From NCBI GenBank assembly GCA_030390025.1, contig CM059425.1, positions 177,012,001 to 177,076,000 of the forward strand: a stretch of DNA of 64,000 nucleotides, written 5' to 3'. The notes beneath the pieces were generated by a model, which saw only the letters and a program-made list of their open reading frames with translations, searched no databases and was not told the origin of the DNA. This DNA comes from Squalus acanthias. Its lineage: Eukaryota. A program made the translations under genes and the position numbers. Position 1 is the stretch's first letter; every line of letters starts with the position of its first letter. Positions 1-10,525 of this stretch are shown here, one piece after another.

Positions 1-227
1 ACGCTCAACAGCTTTCAAACACACTGGCCAGTAATAAAAATAGTTTATTGTGCAGGCTATTGGACCAGCGTTAATGAGACATTGAACCATAGATTTTTAA
101 AATTCACCATACTTTTTTTTAAAAAACTTTATTTTTTGTACTTGGGTGCAGAGCAGAAATTGTAGTCTTCAAACAGTTATGGGTGGTCTGCACTGAACAT
201 TTTGAAAATGTAAGGGGGGCCCCGAGC

Positions 228-835
228 TTCCGGTCGCCTGTCACTTTAATTCACCGCTCCACTCCCACTCAGACTTCACCGTCCTCGGCCTCTTGCATTG
301 TTCCACGGAAGCTCAGCGTAAGCTCGAGGAACAGCACCTCATCTTTCGATTAGGCACTTTACAGCCTTCTGGACTCAACATAGAGTTCAACAATTTCAGC
401 TCATAACCTGATATATATATTTTTTATCCACACTTTTTATTTGTGCCTTCTGTTCTTCTCTCCCACATGGCAGCTGTCTTTCATTCTGCCAGCGCAATTT
501 ACACTTCATCTAGAGCCATCCTTTGTTTCTTAACCTGTCCCATTACCATCTCCTTTTGCCTTGAACATCTCTTAATGTCTCTTAACTTCTCCTGCCTTCT
601 ATCCTATCACAGACCTTCCCTTTTGTTCTTTCATCCCCTCCATTTCACAGCCCCTACACTTGCTTGAAAATCTGTTCCATTTCCTGCTTTTTTCCAGTTC
701 TGATGAAAGGTCATCGACCTGAAGCGTTAACTCTGTTTCTCTCTTCACAGATGCTGCCTGACCTGCTGAGTATCTCCAGCATTTTCTGTTCTTATTTCAG
801 ATTTCCAGCATCTGCAGTATTTTCTTTGTTATTTT
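228..835 (+). mobile_element. Penelope-like element 3' fragment (GIY-YIG C-terminus plus pLTR with degenerate hammerhead)
   Basis: RKLEEQHLIFRLGTLQPSGLNIEFNNF at ~317-398; CTGATGA-a-aggtc/gacct-GAA motif at 697-731. Confidence 0.8.
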
Positions 836-871
836 GAAATTGATAGTCTATTGCACTGATTAAAAATATAT

Positions 872-1166
872 TGAGAAGTCGCACAACACCAGGTTATAGT
901 CCAACAGATTTATTTAATTTTACAAGCTTTCGGAGCAGTTCGCTCCTTCGTCAGGTAAGTTAGCAGTGAGAGAATCTCCCAGAATTCACAATTTAAACAC
1001 AGACAATTGTGAATTCTGGGAGATTCTCTCACTGCTAACTTACCTGACGAAGGAGCGAACTGCTCCGAAAGCTTGTAAAATTAAATAAATCTGTTGGACT
1101 ATAACCTGGTGTTGTGCGACTTCTCATTTTTGTCCACCCCAGTCCAACGCCGGCATCTCCACATCA
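872..1166 (+). mobile_element. Penelope-derived fold-back insertion (122-bp perfect inverted arms plus ~40-nt tail)
   Basis: Arms 872-993 and 1005-1126 with an 11-nt spacer; TSD TAAAAATATAT (861-871 and 1167-1177); terminal sequence shared with the GIY-YIG-containing copy at 24349-25703. Confidence 0.88.
1040..1078 (+). ncRNA. Minimal type-I hammerhead ribozyme motif (mirror copy at 920-958, minus strand)
   Basis: ttac-CTGACGA-a-ggagc(gaact)gctcc-GAA-AGCT-T-gtaa: core boxes, stem II, palindromic stem III and closing stem I. Confidence 0.8.
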
Positions 1167-1272
1167 TAAAAATATATTGGTCAGACAGAGCTGTAATGCT
1201 GGTGCACTCCACCACTGTCTCATTTCTTACAAAATTGATGCAAAAAGTGATCAACTCTCCCAGTTTATTTTT

Positions 1273-1406
1273 GTGAGAAGTCGCACAACACCAGGTTATA
1301 GTCCAACAGGTTTATTTGATTTCAAATAAACCTGTTGGACTATAACCTGGTGTTGTGCGACTTCTCACATTTGTCCACCCCAGTCCAACACCGGCATCTC
1401 CACAAT
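1273..1406 (+). mobile_element. Short Penelope-derived fold-back insertion (47-bp arms plus tail)
   Basis: Arms 1273-1319 and 1322-1368; TSD CAGTTTATTTTT (1261-1272 and 1407-1418). Confidence 0.88.
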
Positions 1407-1624
1407 CAGTTTATTTTTGGACTATCTTTCCCACAGCTCCCCCCCACACCATTTTGTTTATTTTCTTTACCTCTCTGCTTCTTAAGGTTGTGGCTTATGC
1501 AGAGATTGGTTTCTGCAGGTGCTCGCAGTCCTTGAGGAGATTCTTCCTGCGTAAGTTCTGGTTAGCTTTGTGACTACCAAAGCACAGCAACCAAGCTTGA
1601 TTCTTTCTTCAATATAATCGCGCT

Positions 1625-1812
1625 TTCCAATCGTGGTCACTAGACAGTGATCATAAATGGTAACTCTGACTGATCTCCCCCTCTCTAATTTGGGGACACT
1701 GATGCTAACTGTAATGCCCCCAACACTGGTCCCAGCTGAATCAGCTAACTCAGCATGGACCAGAGGCTGAACATGTACAATGCAGTATAACACCATGTGG
1801 TACATTTACTCA
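1625..1812 (-). mobile_element. Old LF-SINE-like tRNA-derived SINE fragment
   Basis: Reverse complement contains TGCTGAGTTAGCTGAT..CAG and later GATCACTGTCTAGTGACC, resembling the LF-SINE core as recalled. Similar pieces at ~18000-18135 (-), 33840-34050 (+) and 62205-62430 (+). Confidence 0.5.
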
Positions 1813-2214
1813 GACCCATTTTTAAAATACACAAGTAACTTTTAAACAAAAATTTCCAGAATGCAAATGTCTACATGTTAGTACTGATCAAAACAGGAGG
1901 GCGTTTAGACAGAGTTAAATCAATGGAATGAAAATCGAGTGGGTTCTGTAACGGGCAAGCGATGTGCTCTGCCAGATTACCGTCCCGGTGGTGAAAACAA
2001 AAATTTCCCACAGTGTGTTTTCAAACTAAAATAACCAGAAACTTTGTATGGCCCATTTTCATATCTGTTCCCAAACATTAAACTTAAAAATTGCAATACA
2101 TTTCTCAGATCATATTGGTAGTTTATAAATTAATTATGCAATCTAATCTTATTGATGAGTTTTTACAAACTCCAGAAGAAGAACAGCAGCTCTGTAAAAA
2201 CCCAGTAATTCAGA

Positions 2215-2525
2215 GCATAAGAAATAGGAGCAGGTGTCAGCTATAAGGCCCCTCGAGCCTGCTCAACCATTCAGTAAGATCATGGCTGATCTTCTACCTC
2301 AACTCCACTTTCCCGCTCTATCCCCATATCCCATGATTCCCTGTGTTCAAAAATCTATCGATCTCTGTCTTGAATGTACTCAACGACTGAGCATCCACAG
2401 CCCTTTGGGGTAGAGAATTCCAAAGATTCACAGCCCTCGAGTGAAGAAGTTTCTAATCTCAGTCCTAAATGGCCGACGCCTTATCCTGAGACTGTGGTCT
2501 CCAGTTCTAGACTCTCCAGGCAGGG
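2215..2525 (-). mobile_element. HER1/CR1-like 3' end fragment
   Basis: Reverse complement of the CR1 3' ORF end and tail; close to 63205-63560. Confidence 0.85.
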
Positions 2526-3221
2526 CTCCTTAAAACCTTCCTCCTTCACCTGCCCTAATAATCCTTTCCTTTATTACTTGAAACTCCATCACACCTTTTA
2601 AACTAATTTCGCACTTCAATACAAAAATAAACCCCAGGTATAGTCTCCCAATAGCACACCCACCTAACCTCTGTACTTCAGGACCAGATCCAACGTGGCA
2701 GGCAGACTAAAACCATGAGGGCTCCTGCCCGCCAAATGTCTGGTCTGGCTGCTCTCCATTCTTCTATAGCTCTCTGCTCAATGCTGGCCCTGGCTGCTTG
2801 CTCCCTCTTGCAGCTCTGCTCCCAGGACGAGAAATAAAACGGCAGAGCTGATAATGTGGTCCTGGAGCAGATGCACGCAAACTGCTGCCTTTTGGGTGCC
2901 GCATGTGCCTGAAGCACACTGAACTAATGCTGTGTTATATAGCAAGGTCAGCTCATTTAAATACATTTCAGCACTCCAGGCACACAACACCCAGGGAGCA
3001 GGCAGGTGCTTAACAGCAACATCTCTTTAAAAAAAAAACTGCTGCTCATCTTTAAAGAGGAACTGGCAGCAAATTTTAAAAATGGTAGCTGCAAAGCAGA
3101 GAGGCAGAGCAGCACCAGTCCAGTTCCTCCAATGCTTTGGAGGTGCTACAGACTGCGTTAGACCTTTTCCGAGTAAAGGCATCTTTTAATGCTAGACCAG
3201 TCTGGATGCAAGTTGTTGATT

Positions 3222-3965
3222 GATGAATACCCCCATCTTCAATGATGGTGGAGCCCAGCACGTGAGTGCAAAAGACAAGGCTGAAGCATTTGCAACCACC
3301 TTCAGCCAGAAGTGCCGAGTGGATAACCCATATTGGCCTCCTCCTGAGGTCCCCACCATCACAGAAGCCAGTCTTCAGCCAATTCGATTCACTCCACATG
3401 ATATCAAGAAACGGCTGAGCGCACTGGATACAGCAAAGGCTATGGGCCCCGACAACATCCCGGCTATCATGCTGAAGAGTTGTGCTCCAGAACTAGCCGC
3501 GTCTCTAGCCAAGCTGCTCCAGTACAGCTACAACACTGGCATCTACCTGACAATGTGGAAAACTGCCCAGGTATGTCCTGTCCACAAAAAGCAGGGCAAA
3601 TCTAATCCAGCCAATTACCGTCCCATCAGTCTACTCGCAATCATCAGCAAAGTGATGGAAGGTGTCGTCGACAGTGTTTAGTGGCACTGATAACCTGCGC
3701 ACCAATGCTCAGTTTGGGTTCCGCCAGGACCACTTGGCTCCAGACCTCATTACAGCCTTGGTTCATACATGGACAAAGAAGCTGAATTCCAGAGGTGAGG
3801 TGAGAGTGACTGCCCTTAACATCAAGGCAGCATTTGACCGAGTGTGGCATCAAGGAGCTCTAGTAAAACTGAAGTCAATGGGAATTGGGGAGAAAACGCT
3901 CCACTGACTGAAGTCATACCTAGCACAAAGAAAGATGGTTGTGGTGGTTGAAGGTCAATCATCAC
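3222..3965 (+). mobile_element. LINE (CR1-group non-LTR RT, family A), left part of the ERV target
   Basis: GPDNIP...NYRPISLL...QFGFR RT N-terminal motifs; homologous to 14195-14915. Confidence 0.92.
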
Positions 3966-4597
3966 TGAAGTAAGATATTAAAAAATTGGAAATACAGGGG
4001 CAAGACGGGCATGACTCATTTACAGAGAAGCAGGCCTATAACGAGACTAACAGAAGCAGGCCTATAACGAGACTAACAGAAGCAGGCCTATAACGAGACT
4101 AACAGAAGCAGGCCTATAACGAGACTAACAGAAGCAGGCCTATAACGAGACTAACAGAAGCAGGCCTATAACGAGACTAACAGAAGCAGGCCTATAACGA
4201 GACTAACAGAAGCAGGCCTATAACGAGACTAACAGAAGCAGGCCTATAACGAGACTAACAGAAAACGGCTAGCACAGTTCTGGAAACCACATCATGGGCT
4301 AGCACAACTTGTGTGTAAATTATGTGTTATCTTTGTATAAACCACCACCCTCGGATAATGAGAAAATGTGTAACTTTTAAAATTAATTGGATCTCCGTAA
4401 GGGTAAGGCAGAAATGTTGTATAAATATGTGTGCTTTGATTAGCTCGGTGGAGTTGGACTTACGCAGCGACATGAGAAGCTCTCCCCAGGCCTGAGTAAA
4501 CCGTTGTGACTTCAATTACTTGGTCTGTCTTTCTCTCAACAAGCCAGTAGCGTCGACCTTGTATATCACTTGGTCCGCACTTTGGGGGCTTACTTCA
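3966..4597 (+). repeat. ERV 5' LTR (632 bp)
   Basis: 9-bp terminal inverted repeat TGAAGTAAG...CTTACTTCA; TATAAATA at 4420-4427; AGTAAA poly(A)-like signal at 4495-4500; aligns to 10047-10520. Confidence 0.96.
4026..4259 (+). repeat. 26-bp tandem array in U3 of the 5' LTR (9 identical units)
   Basis: AGAAGCAGGCCTATAACGAGACTAAC x9, counted directly. Confidence 0.97.
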
Positions 4598-4599
4598 AT

Positions 4600-4617
4600 T
4601 GGCGACGAGGATGGGAT
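4600..4617 (+). promoter_or_regulatory. Primer-binding site, tRNA-Ser(GCU)
   Basis: TGGCGACGAGGATGGGAT, 2 nt after the LTR, is complementary to the 3' end (...ATCCCATCCTCGTCG-CCA) of vertebrate tRNA-Ser(GCU). Confidence 0.88.
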
Positions 4618-5186
4618 ACGCGATCTGAACAAAAACTCTCGGACAGCGATAACCTAAGACGGGTGAGTACGTTTAAAATTACCACCTGTAAAATTAGAGG
4701 TTAATCGCTGGCGAGACGTTAAGTAAGATCGACGTACAAAAGAACTATAAAAAGAAAGACACCTTTAATTGAAGGCGGTTAAAACTGCCGGACTGCGGTA
4801 CCGGAAAACAAGGGTTTAAAAACCCGGTAGGCCCACGAGGTGCGGCTCTTAAGAAGTAGTTAAACGGGTTGTTTTAACACTGGGTGAAGGACGAGTCCTT
4901 CTGGCCGAAAAGTAGACTAAGCGCGTGACTGCTTAAAGTATAAGGGGATCCGTTGTGTCAATAAAGTATAAAGTTGAACTGAGAATCACGGAGTGATCGC
5001 CTCGGACAAAGGTGGTGCCTGTCTCAAACACCTAGCCTGAGCCTGAATTAAGAGGACGTAGTCCCACGTGACGGCCAGGATCAAGTAGGCGTAGGGACTA
5101 CAAAGCACCACAGGATCGTGATCACGTGACAAGTAAGGGTGTATAAAATATTGAATAAAGTATAGGAGTACTCTAAAACTTTGGAT

Positions 5187-6708
5187 ATGACTAGTAAAGA
5201 GGATAAGGAACCCTGGGGAGACCCAGAGTCTGTAACACGATATGTTTATGACAAGAATAAAAAACTAATTGAGAAAATGAGGAAGGCAGGGTGGAACCGG
5301 GACGATAAACTAGACACACAAAGGGACTGGTGGATGAAACAAACCAAAAATAAATTGGAAAAAGCGTACATTATCGTGGCGGCACGTTACCATCGGGAAT
5401 GTACGCTCCAGCGCGGAGTCCTTAAGACATATCCAGTAGCTGCAACCGCCCCAAAACCGGGTGACTCCCGGGAAAAGGTATACCCGGAACTGCCCCAGGG
5501 GGGGCCGACCGGCTGTCCTCCCCCGTACTTAGGACACCAGTCGGTGGCCCCGGAGCCTGTTCCGATGGCACCAGTGACACTGCAATATAGGCCGGCAATC
5601 CCCGCGGTCCCGGCGGCGGGGGGAAATCCAGCCGTTCCGGCAGTACTGGGCAGGCCGGCCACCGCAACGATGACCTACACACCGTTAAGCCTGCAGGATC
5701 AGGTGATTCTCCTCAACGAATTGCCAACCTTAAAACACCGCCAGAATAATCAGACATTCTGGCACAAACTGCGCGAAGTACGCATAAACCATGCCCTACA
5801 TAGTATAGATATCGATCAATTGGTACGAGCTAAATGTCCTGAGGAACAGTGGAGATTAGTGCAGGGCAACCACGGAAATGGCCAGTGGACAGACAATCCA
5901 ACAATTAAACACTGAGTTCAACCAATTCAAGGCCGCTGTGGAAGCAGCAATGGGACAGGCCCCCGTAAATTGGGCAGCTATAAGCGGAATCACATAAAAA
6001 AAAGGGAGAAAGCGCCATCGATTATGGAAAACGAAAGTGGTCCGCCTTTGAGGGTAACTGTGGGTTCCCAGGCCCCTTAAATAAAAACGCTTGTTTTCTG
6101 CAAACATTTAAACAGGGACTAAGTCCAATGCACCAGAATGCAATAAAAATGGGGCTAGTGGTCCACAATAATTGGGATGATTTAATACAGTGGGCGTCCA
6201 AGTAGATAATCAGGCCCAAGAACAAGCCAAACCTAAAATAGCTGCTCTAAGGACGGATAGCGACAATGAAGCTGCATTAAGTGCGGCGGCATGCTTCAGT
6301 TGCGGACAGGAGGGCCACATGAAAAGGGATTGCCCGAGGCAACAGAACAAGGGGGGTAATCAGACATCTCAGCAAAAGGCTTCCTGTCATAACTGTGGAA
6401 AACCAGGGCATAGGAAACAACAATGTTGGAATAAAGGAGGAGGAAGGGAAGGTCAGGGACCTAGACAGGGAGGAAAACCGGGGTCAAGTATTGGAAGGTC
6501 AGAGAATAACGAGGAAAACGTGGCGAAACTGATCAGGAAGGGAATGCAAGACTGGGAGGATGACAGGGAGAGAGAAGAAAGGAAGAGGAGAAAGAGTAGG
6601 AAGTATAAGAGAGACGATTCCTCAGACACCTCCGACGAGGAAGACATAGTGGGGCTGACAAGGAAAATGGAAAAACTGGTCAAACAAATAAAAAAGGGCA
6701 ACGCCTGA
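5187..6708 (+). pseudogene. gag: ERV gag, disrupted by frameshifts and a stop
   Basis: YPEL and PPPY late-domain motifs. MHR-like IT*KKGESAIDYGKR near 5990-6035 (Q replaced by stop, plus a frameshift). Two CX2CX4HX4C knuckles: CFSCGQEGHMKRDC and CHNCGKPGHRKQQC. Confidence 0.9.
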
Positions 6709-8989
6709 CAGGTAGCGGCCCTCGGAGACCCGGCAAAGGGAGACCCTAGAATGTTTATTGAGGCACTGGTAGGGGGCCGACAGTGCAGAATGCTCATAGA
6801 CACCGGGGCAACAATATCTCTAACAAACGTACCCTTGCCGCGAACCAAGAAAAATATTTTTATATCCGGGATAGGGGGGAGTCAAAATTAAAGCATGGAA
6901 AAGTGAGACAGTATTACTAGAATTAGGAAAAATCATTATACCTACATGTTTCTGGATCTGTGAAAATACTGAGGGGACCATCCTGGGTATAGACATACTT
7001 AGGGAAGTGGGAGTTTTAATAGAGCCCAAGCAGGATAAGTTGCTATGGCCCGATAACCATAAGGAAGAGAGACATAAATCAAAGGGATCCAAGACAGCAT
7101 GCGCCATCAGCGCTCTCCGAATAATAGACCCCAAATGGGACAAAAAGGGAGGATGGGGGAAATTTGCCACCGATTCCCTGAACTATGGGCCAAACACAAG
7201 CAGGACTGCGGACTGGTCAAGATAAACCCAGTCAGAGTCCCCGGGCCAACCCACCGACCCCATAAACAGTATCCCCTAAAAATGGAGGCCCAGACAGCCG
7301 TACGGAGTATAGTATTGGAACTAGTTAAACAAGGAATTTTGCGAGAAACAGTGTCCGGCACTAATTCTCCAGTATGGCCCGTAAAGAAACCTGATGCGTC
7401 ATATCGACTTACAATCGATTACACAGCCTTAAATAAAGTGACCCCAAAGGAATATCCAATTGTAGCAAGCCCAGCTACCATCTTTAACGGTTTAAAACCA
7501 GAACACAAAATATTCACCGTGTTAGACATCGCAAACGGATTCTGGTCCATTCCCCTGCATGAGGAATCACAAGAAAAATTCGCCTTTACAATAGGCGGCA
7601 AACAGTATACATGGACACGGGTCCCACAAGGATTCCATAACAGTCCAGCCATTTTTCACCGCCACATGGCCAGAGCTCTTGAAGACCTAGACTTAGAGGG
7701 TGAAAATAGTACCCTCTTACAATACGTGGATGACCTCCTAATAGCGTCAGAAACGAAAGAGGGACACAAGGGGGCCCTGACAAAGGTCTTTTCAGCCCTA
7801 CGGGATGCGGGTTTTAAGGCAAACCCAGCCAAAGCCCAGGTAGGAAAATTGGAAGTCATATACCTGGGGTATAGGGTCAGTATGGGAAAAAGGGCTATGC
7901 CAGAGGAAAGGAAGGAGGCAATCCGCCAAATGCCAAGGCCCATAAACGTGAGAGGAGTACGTCAGGTACTCGGTCTCTTTAACTTTAGCCGGAACTTTAT
8001 AGAAGGCTTCTCACACATGGCCGCGCCCCTGTATGAATTAACAAAGGGGGGTAGGGCAGCAGAAGAACCCATCGAGTGGACATCCACTCAGGAAGAAGCA
8101 TTTACCAAACTTAAACAAGCCCTGACCGCCGCCCCCGCGTTAGGAGAGACCCTATCACATATTCTGTCACAATCATGACGGACACTATAGCGCCGTAGTA
8201 GCCCAGGAGCACGGAGGAAACATGAGACCGGTGGCCTACTATTCCAGTAGACAATCCCCCATCGTGGCAGGTATGCCCCGCTGCGTGGCCGCTATAGATT
8301 GTGCCAGATGGTCCGTACAGGTCAGTGAACCGATTATAATGACCGGAGATATTGTACTACACACCCAGCACACCCTGGTAGAATTACTTAATACGGGACG
8401 ACTGAAGTCTGTCTCAAATGCTCGACGAGCAGCCTGGGAGGCGGTACTATTACCCAAAAACAAGTCAATACAGATAGTAAGGGATATGGGGCAGAACCCA
8501 GCCTCCATGATGATCATGGAAGGAGAGGACCACCAATGCATGAATGAGGAAGAGCCAGAAAATGACCTAGATAAAATAAAAGAAATACCCTTGGCCGAAG
8601 CGGACTTGGAGTTATATGTAGATGGATCCCGAAAATATGTACAGGGAAAGCCGAGGACAGGCTGGGCGGTGGTAAATGGGGAAGGAATGGTGTTACAAGC
8701 CGGAACTCTCCCAGGGGATAAATCTGCCCAGGTTGCAGAACTAACAGCCTTAACGGAAGCCCTGAAATTGGCTATGGGAAAAAGGGTTAATGTATATACT
8801 GACAGCCGCTATGCCTTTGGAATAGTACATGATTACATGGCCGCATGGAGTAGGAGGGGGTACATCACCTCTGGGGGAACCCCCATCCAACACCTAGATG
8901 TAGTAAAGTCCTTGGTGGATGCCGCGCGCGGACCAACAGAGTTAGCAGTAATAAAGGTTAAAGCGCACACCAAAGAACCCGATGAGTAA
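6709..8989 (+). pseudogene. pol: ERV pro-pol (protease, RT, tether, RNase H), frameshifted and truncated before integrase
   Basis: LIDTGA (6793-6810) and ILGIDIL protease motifs; RT motifs NSPVWPVKK, LDIANGFWSIP, VPQGFHNSP and YVDD (7723-7734); RNase H motifs YVDGS, SAQVAEL and YTDSRYAF. Ends at KVKAH with no HHCC/DDE integrase visible. Confidence 0.95.
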
Positions 8990-10034
8990 CCCAGAAATCA
9001 TATTGCACAAGGAAAGCAAGGATTATTGGCATAAAGTCCAAAAGGAGCCGGACGACCTTGTATTCGCGTTAATAGGATCCTGTTGCGTTATGATAGTAAT
9101 ATTCTTCGTGGTCTGTATGTTTCAATAGATCTGGGAAACTGGCCAGGAGAGAAGAGGAGACTGGAACAGGATTGAGTCAATAAGGATGAACTAAAATAAA
9201 CTAATCACACAACTCTCAAAAATTACAGAAAACGGAACACTTAATGAAACTAATGCCTGCTAACAAACAAAGGTTACAAGATGAGGAATTTAATTGGATG
9301 TATCTGCATGGCTTGAATAATTGTAGGTCTGTATGCGTCTATCAAGGAGTGTGTATCCGGGTACGGGGTAACCCAAGGCCCGAGATAGTAGAAGTAGTAA
9401 GAACGGAATAATTAACTGCTGGTGACGACCAGCCTTGTATTTCCACAGGACAAATTAGAAGAACGACGGAAGAAGGGACGGCCGACAACAAGGAACAAGA
9501 TGATCAAGTATCTGCTTATAGATGGCCTTATAGGCCTAGGTGTACTCCATAATGTAGAAAGGATGCCTAAAACCAAAAGGAGGATGAGGAGCTTCTCGCA
9601 GGAGATCCCTCAGCCACTCTGATGAGCATGGTGTAAGACCCGATCTATAGCCCTAAAATTACAAGGAATGAATTGGACACGGTAATTAATAACCAGGCCG
9701 GCCAACCGTAAGACGGGAGTGGCAGAAACAGGATTGGTGAGTGATGACAGTCTCGAAAGGACACGTCACGCACCCACTGGGGGATGGAGGACGAGCTCGA
9801 ACCAGAAGCTCAAACCATTGATGCAGGGCTCTGGGGCCCCGGGAATGGCAATATAAGAACAAAGACAAAAAAAAAAACACATATACCGCGTGGGGTGAAA
9901 CCGGCTCATAAATTGGTTTATGTCATACCCATGTATAACCTAGACTGGTAGACGGCCAGAGAGTGCACGCTCGGGCAAACACCAGGCAGCAGGAATACAT
10001 GTTGACCTGTATTGGAACAGTTGTCCAATAGGTC

Positions 10035-10045
10035 AAAAGGGGGGA
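10035..10045 (+). promoter_or_regulatory. Polypurine tract
   Basis: AAAAGGGGGGA, 1 nt before the TG of the 3' LTR. Confidence 0.9.
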
Positions 10046-10046
10046 C

Positions 10047-10520
10047 TGAAGTAAGATATTAAAAAATTGGAAATACAGGGGCAAGATGGGCACGACTCAT
10101 TTACAGAGAAGCAGGTCTATAACGAGATTAACAGAAGCAGGTCTATAACGAGATTAACAGAAGCAGGTCTAACGAGATTAACAGAAAACGGCTAGCACAG
10201 TTCTGGAAACCACATCATGGGCTAGCACAACTTGTGTGTAAATTATGTGTTATCTTTGTATAAACCACCACCCTTGGATAATAAGTAAATGTGTAACTTT
10301 TAAAATTAATTGGATCTCCGTAAGGGTAAGGCAGAAATGTTGTATAAATATGTGTGCTTTGATTAGCTCGGTGGAGTTGGACTTACGCAGCGACGTGAGA
10401 AGCTCTCCCCAGACCTGAGTAAACCGTTGTGACTTCAATTACTTGGTCTGTCTTTCTCTCAACAAGCCAGTAGCGTCGACCTTGTATATCACTTGGTCCG
10501 CACTTTGGGGGCTTACTTCA
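10047..10520 (+). repeat. ERV 3' LTR (474 bp), with 3 array units at 10107-10182
   Basis: Colinear with the 5' LTR. The 158-bp length difference equals the array difference (234 vs 76 bp). Confidence 0.96.
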
Positions 10521-10525
10521 ATCAC

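Larger units (their letters stand above)
3966..10520 (+). mobile_element. Defective endogenous retrovirus provirus (LTR-gag-pro-RT-RH-[IN deleted]-3' region-LTR)
   Basis: Paired LTRs with TG...CA ends, 5-bp TSD ATCAC (3961-3965 and 10521-10525), PBS, PPT and retroviral gag/pol motifs. The host LINE sequence is continuous once the provirus is removed. Confidence 0.97.

Noticed and set aside
872..1126. miRNA precursor or DNA-transposon MITE
   Set aside because: The arms match the pLTR of the GIY-YIG Penelope copy and carry an asymmetric tail with an 11-bp TSD; better explained as a Penelope fold-back.
4026..4259. CRISPR-like array
   Set aside because: Units are contiguous with no spacers, the array lies inside a retroviral LTR, and the context is eukaryotic.
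3966..10520. Intact or infectious retrovirus, or a domesticated gene
   Set aside because: Several frameshifts and a stop in gag, frameshifts in pro-pol, no integrase and no full env.
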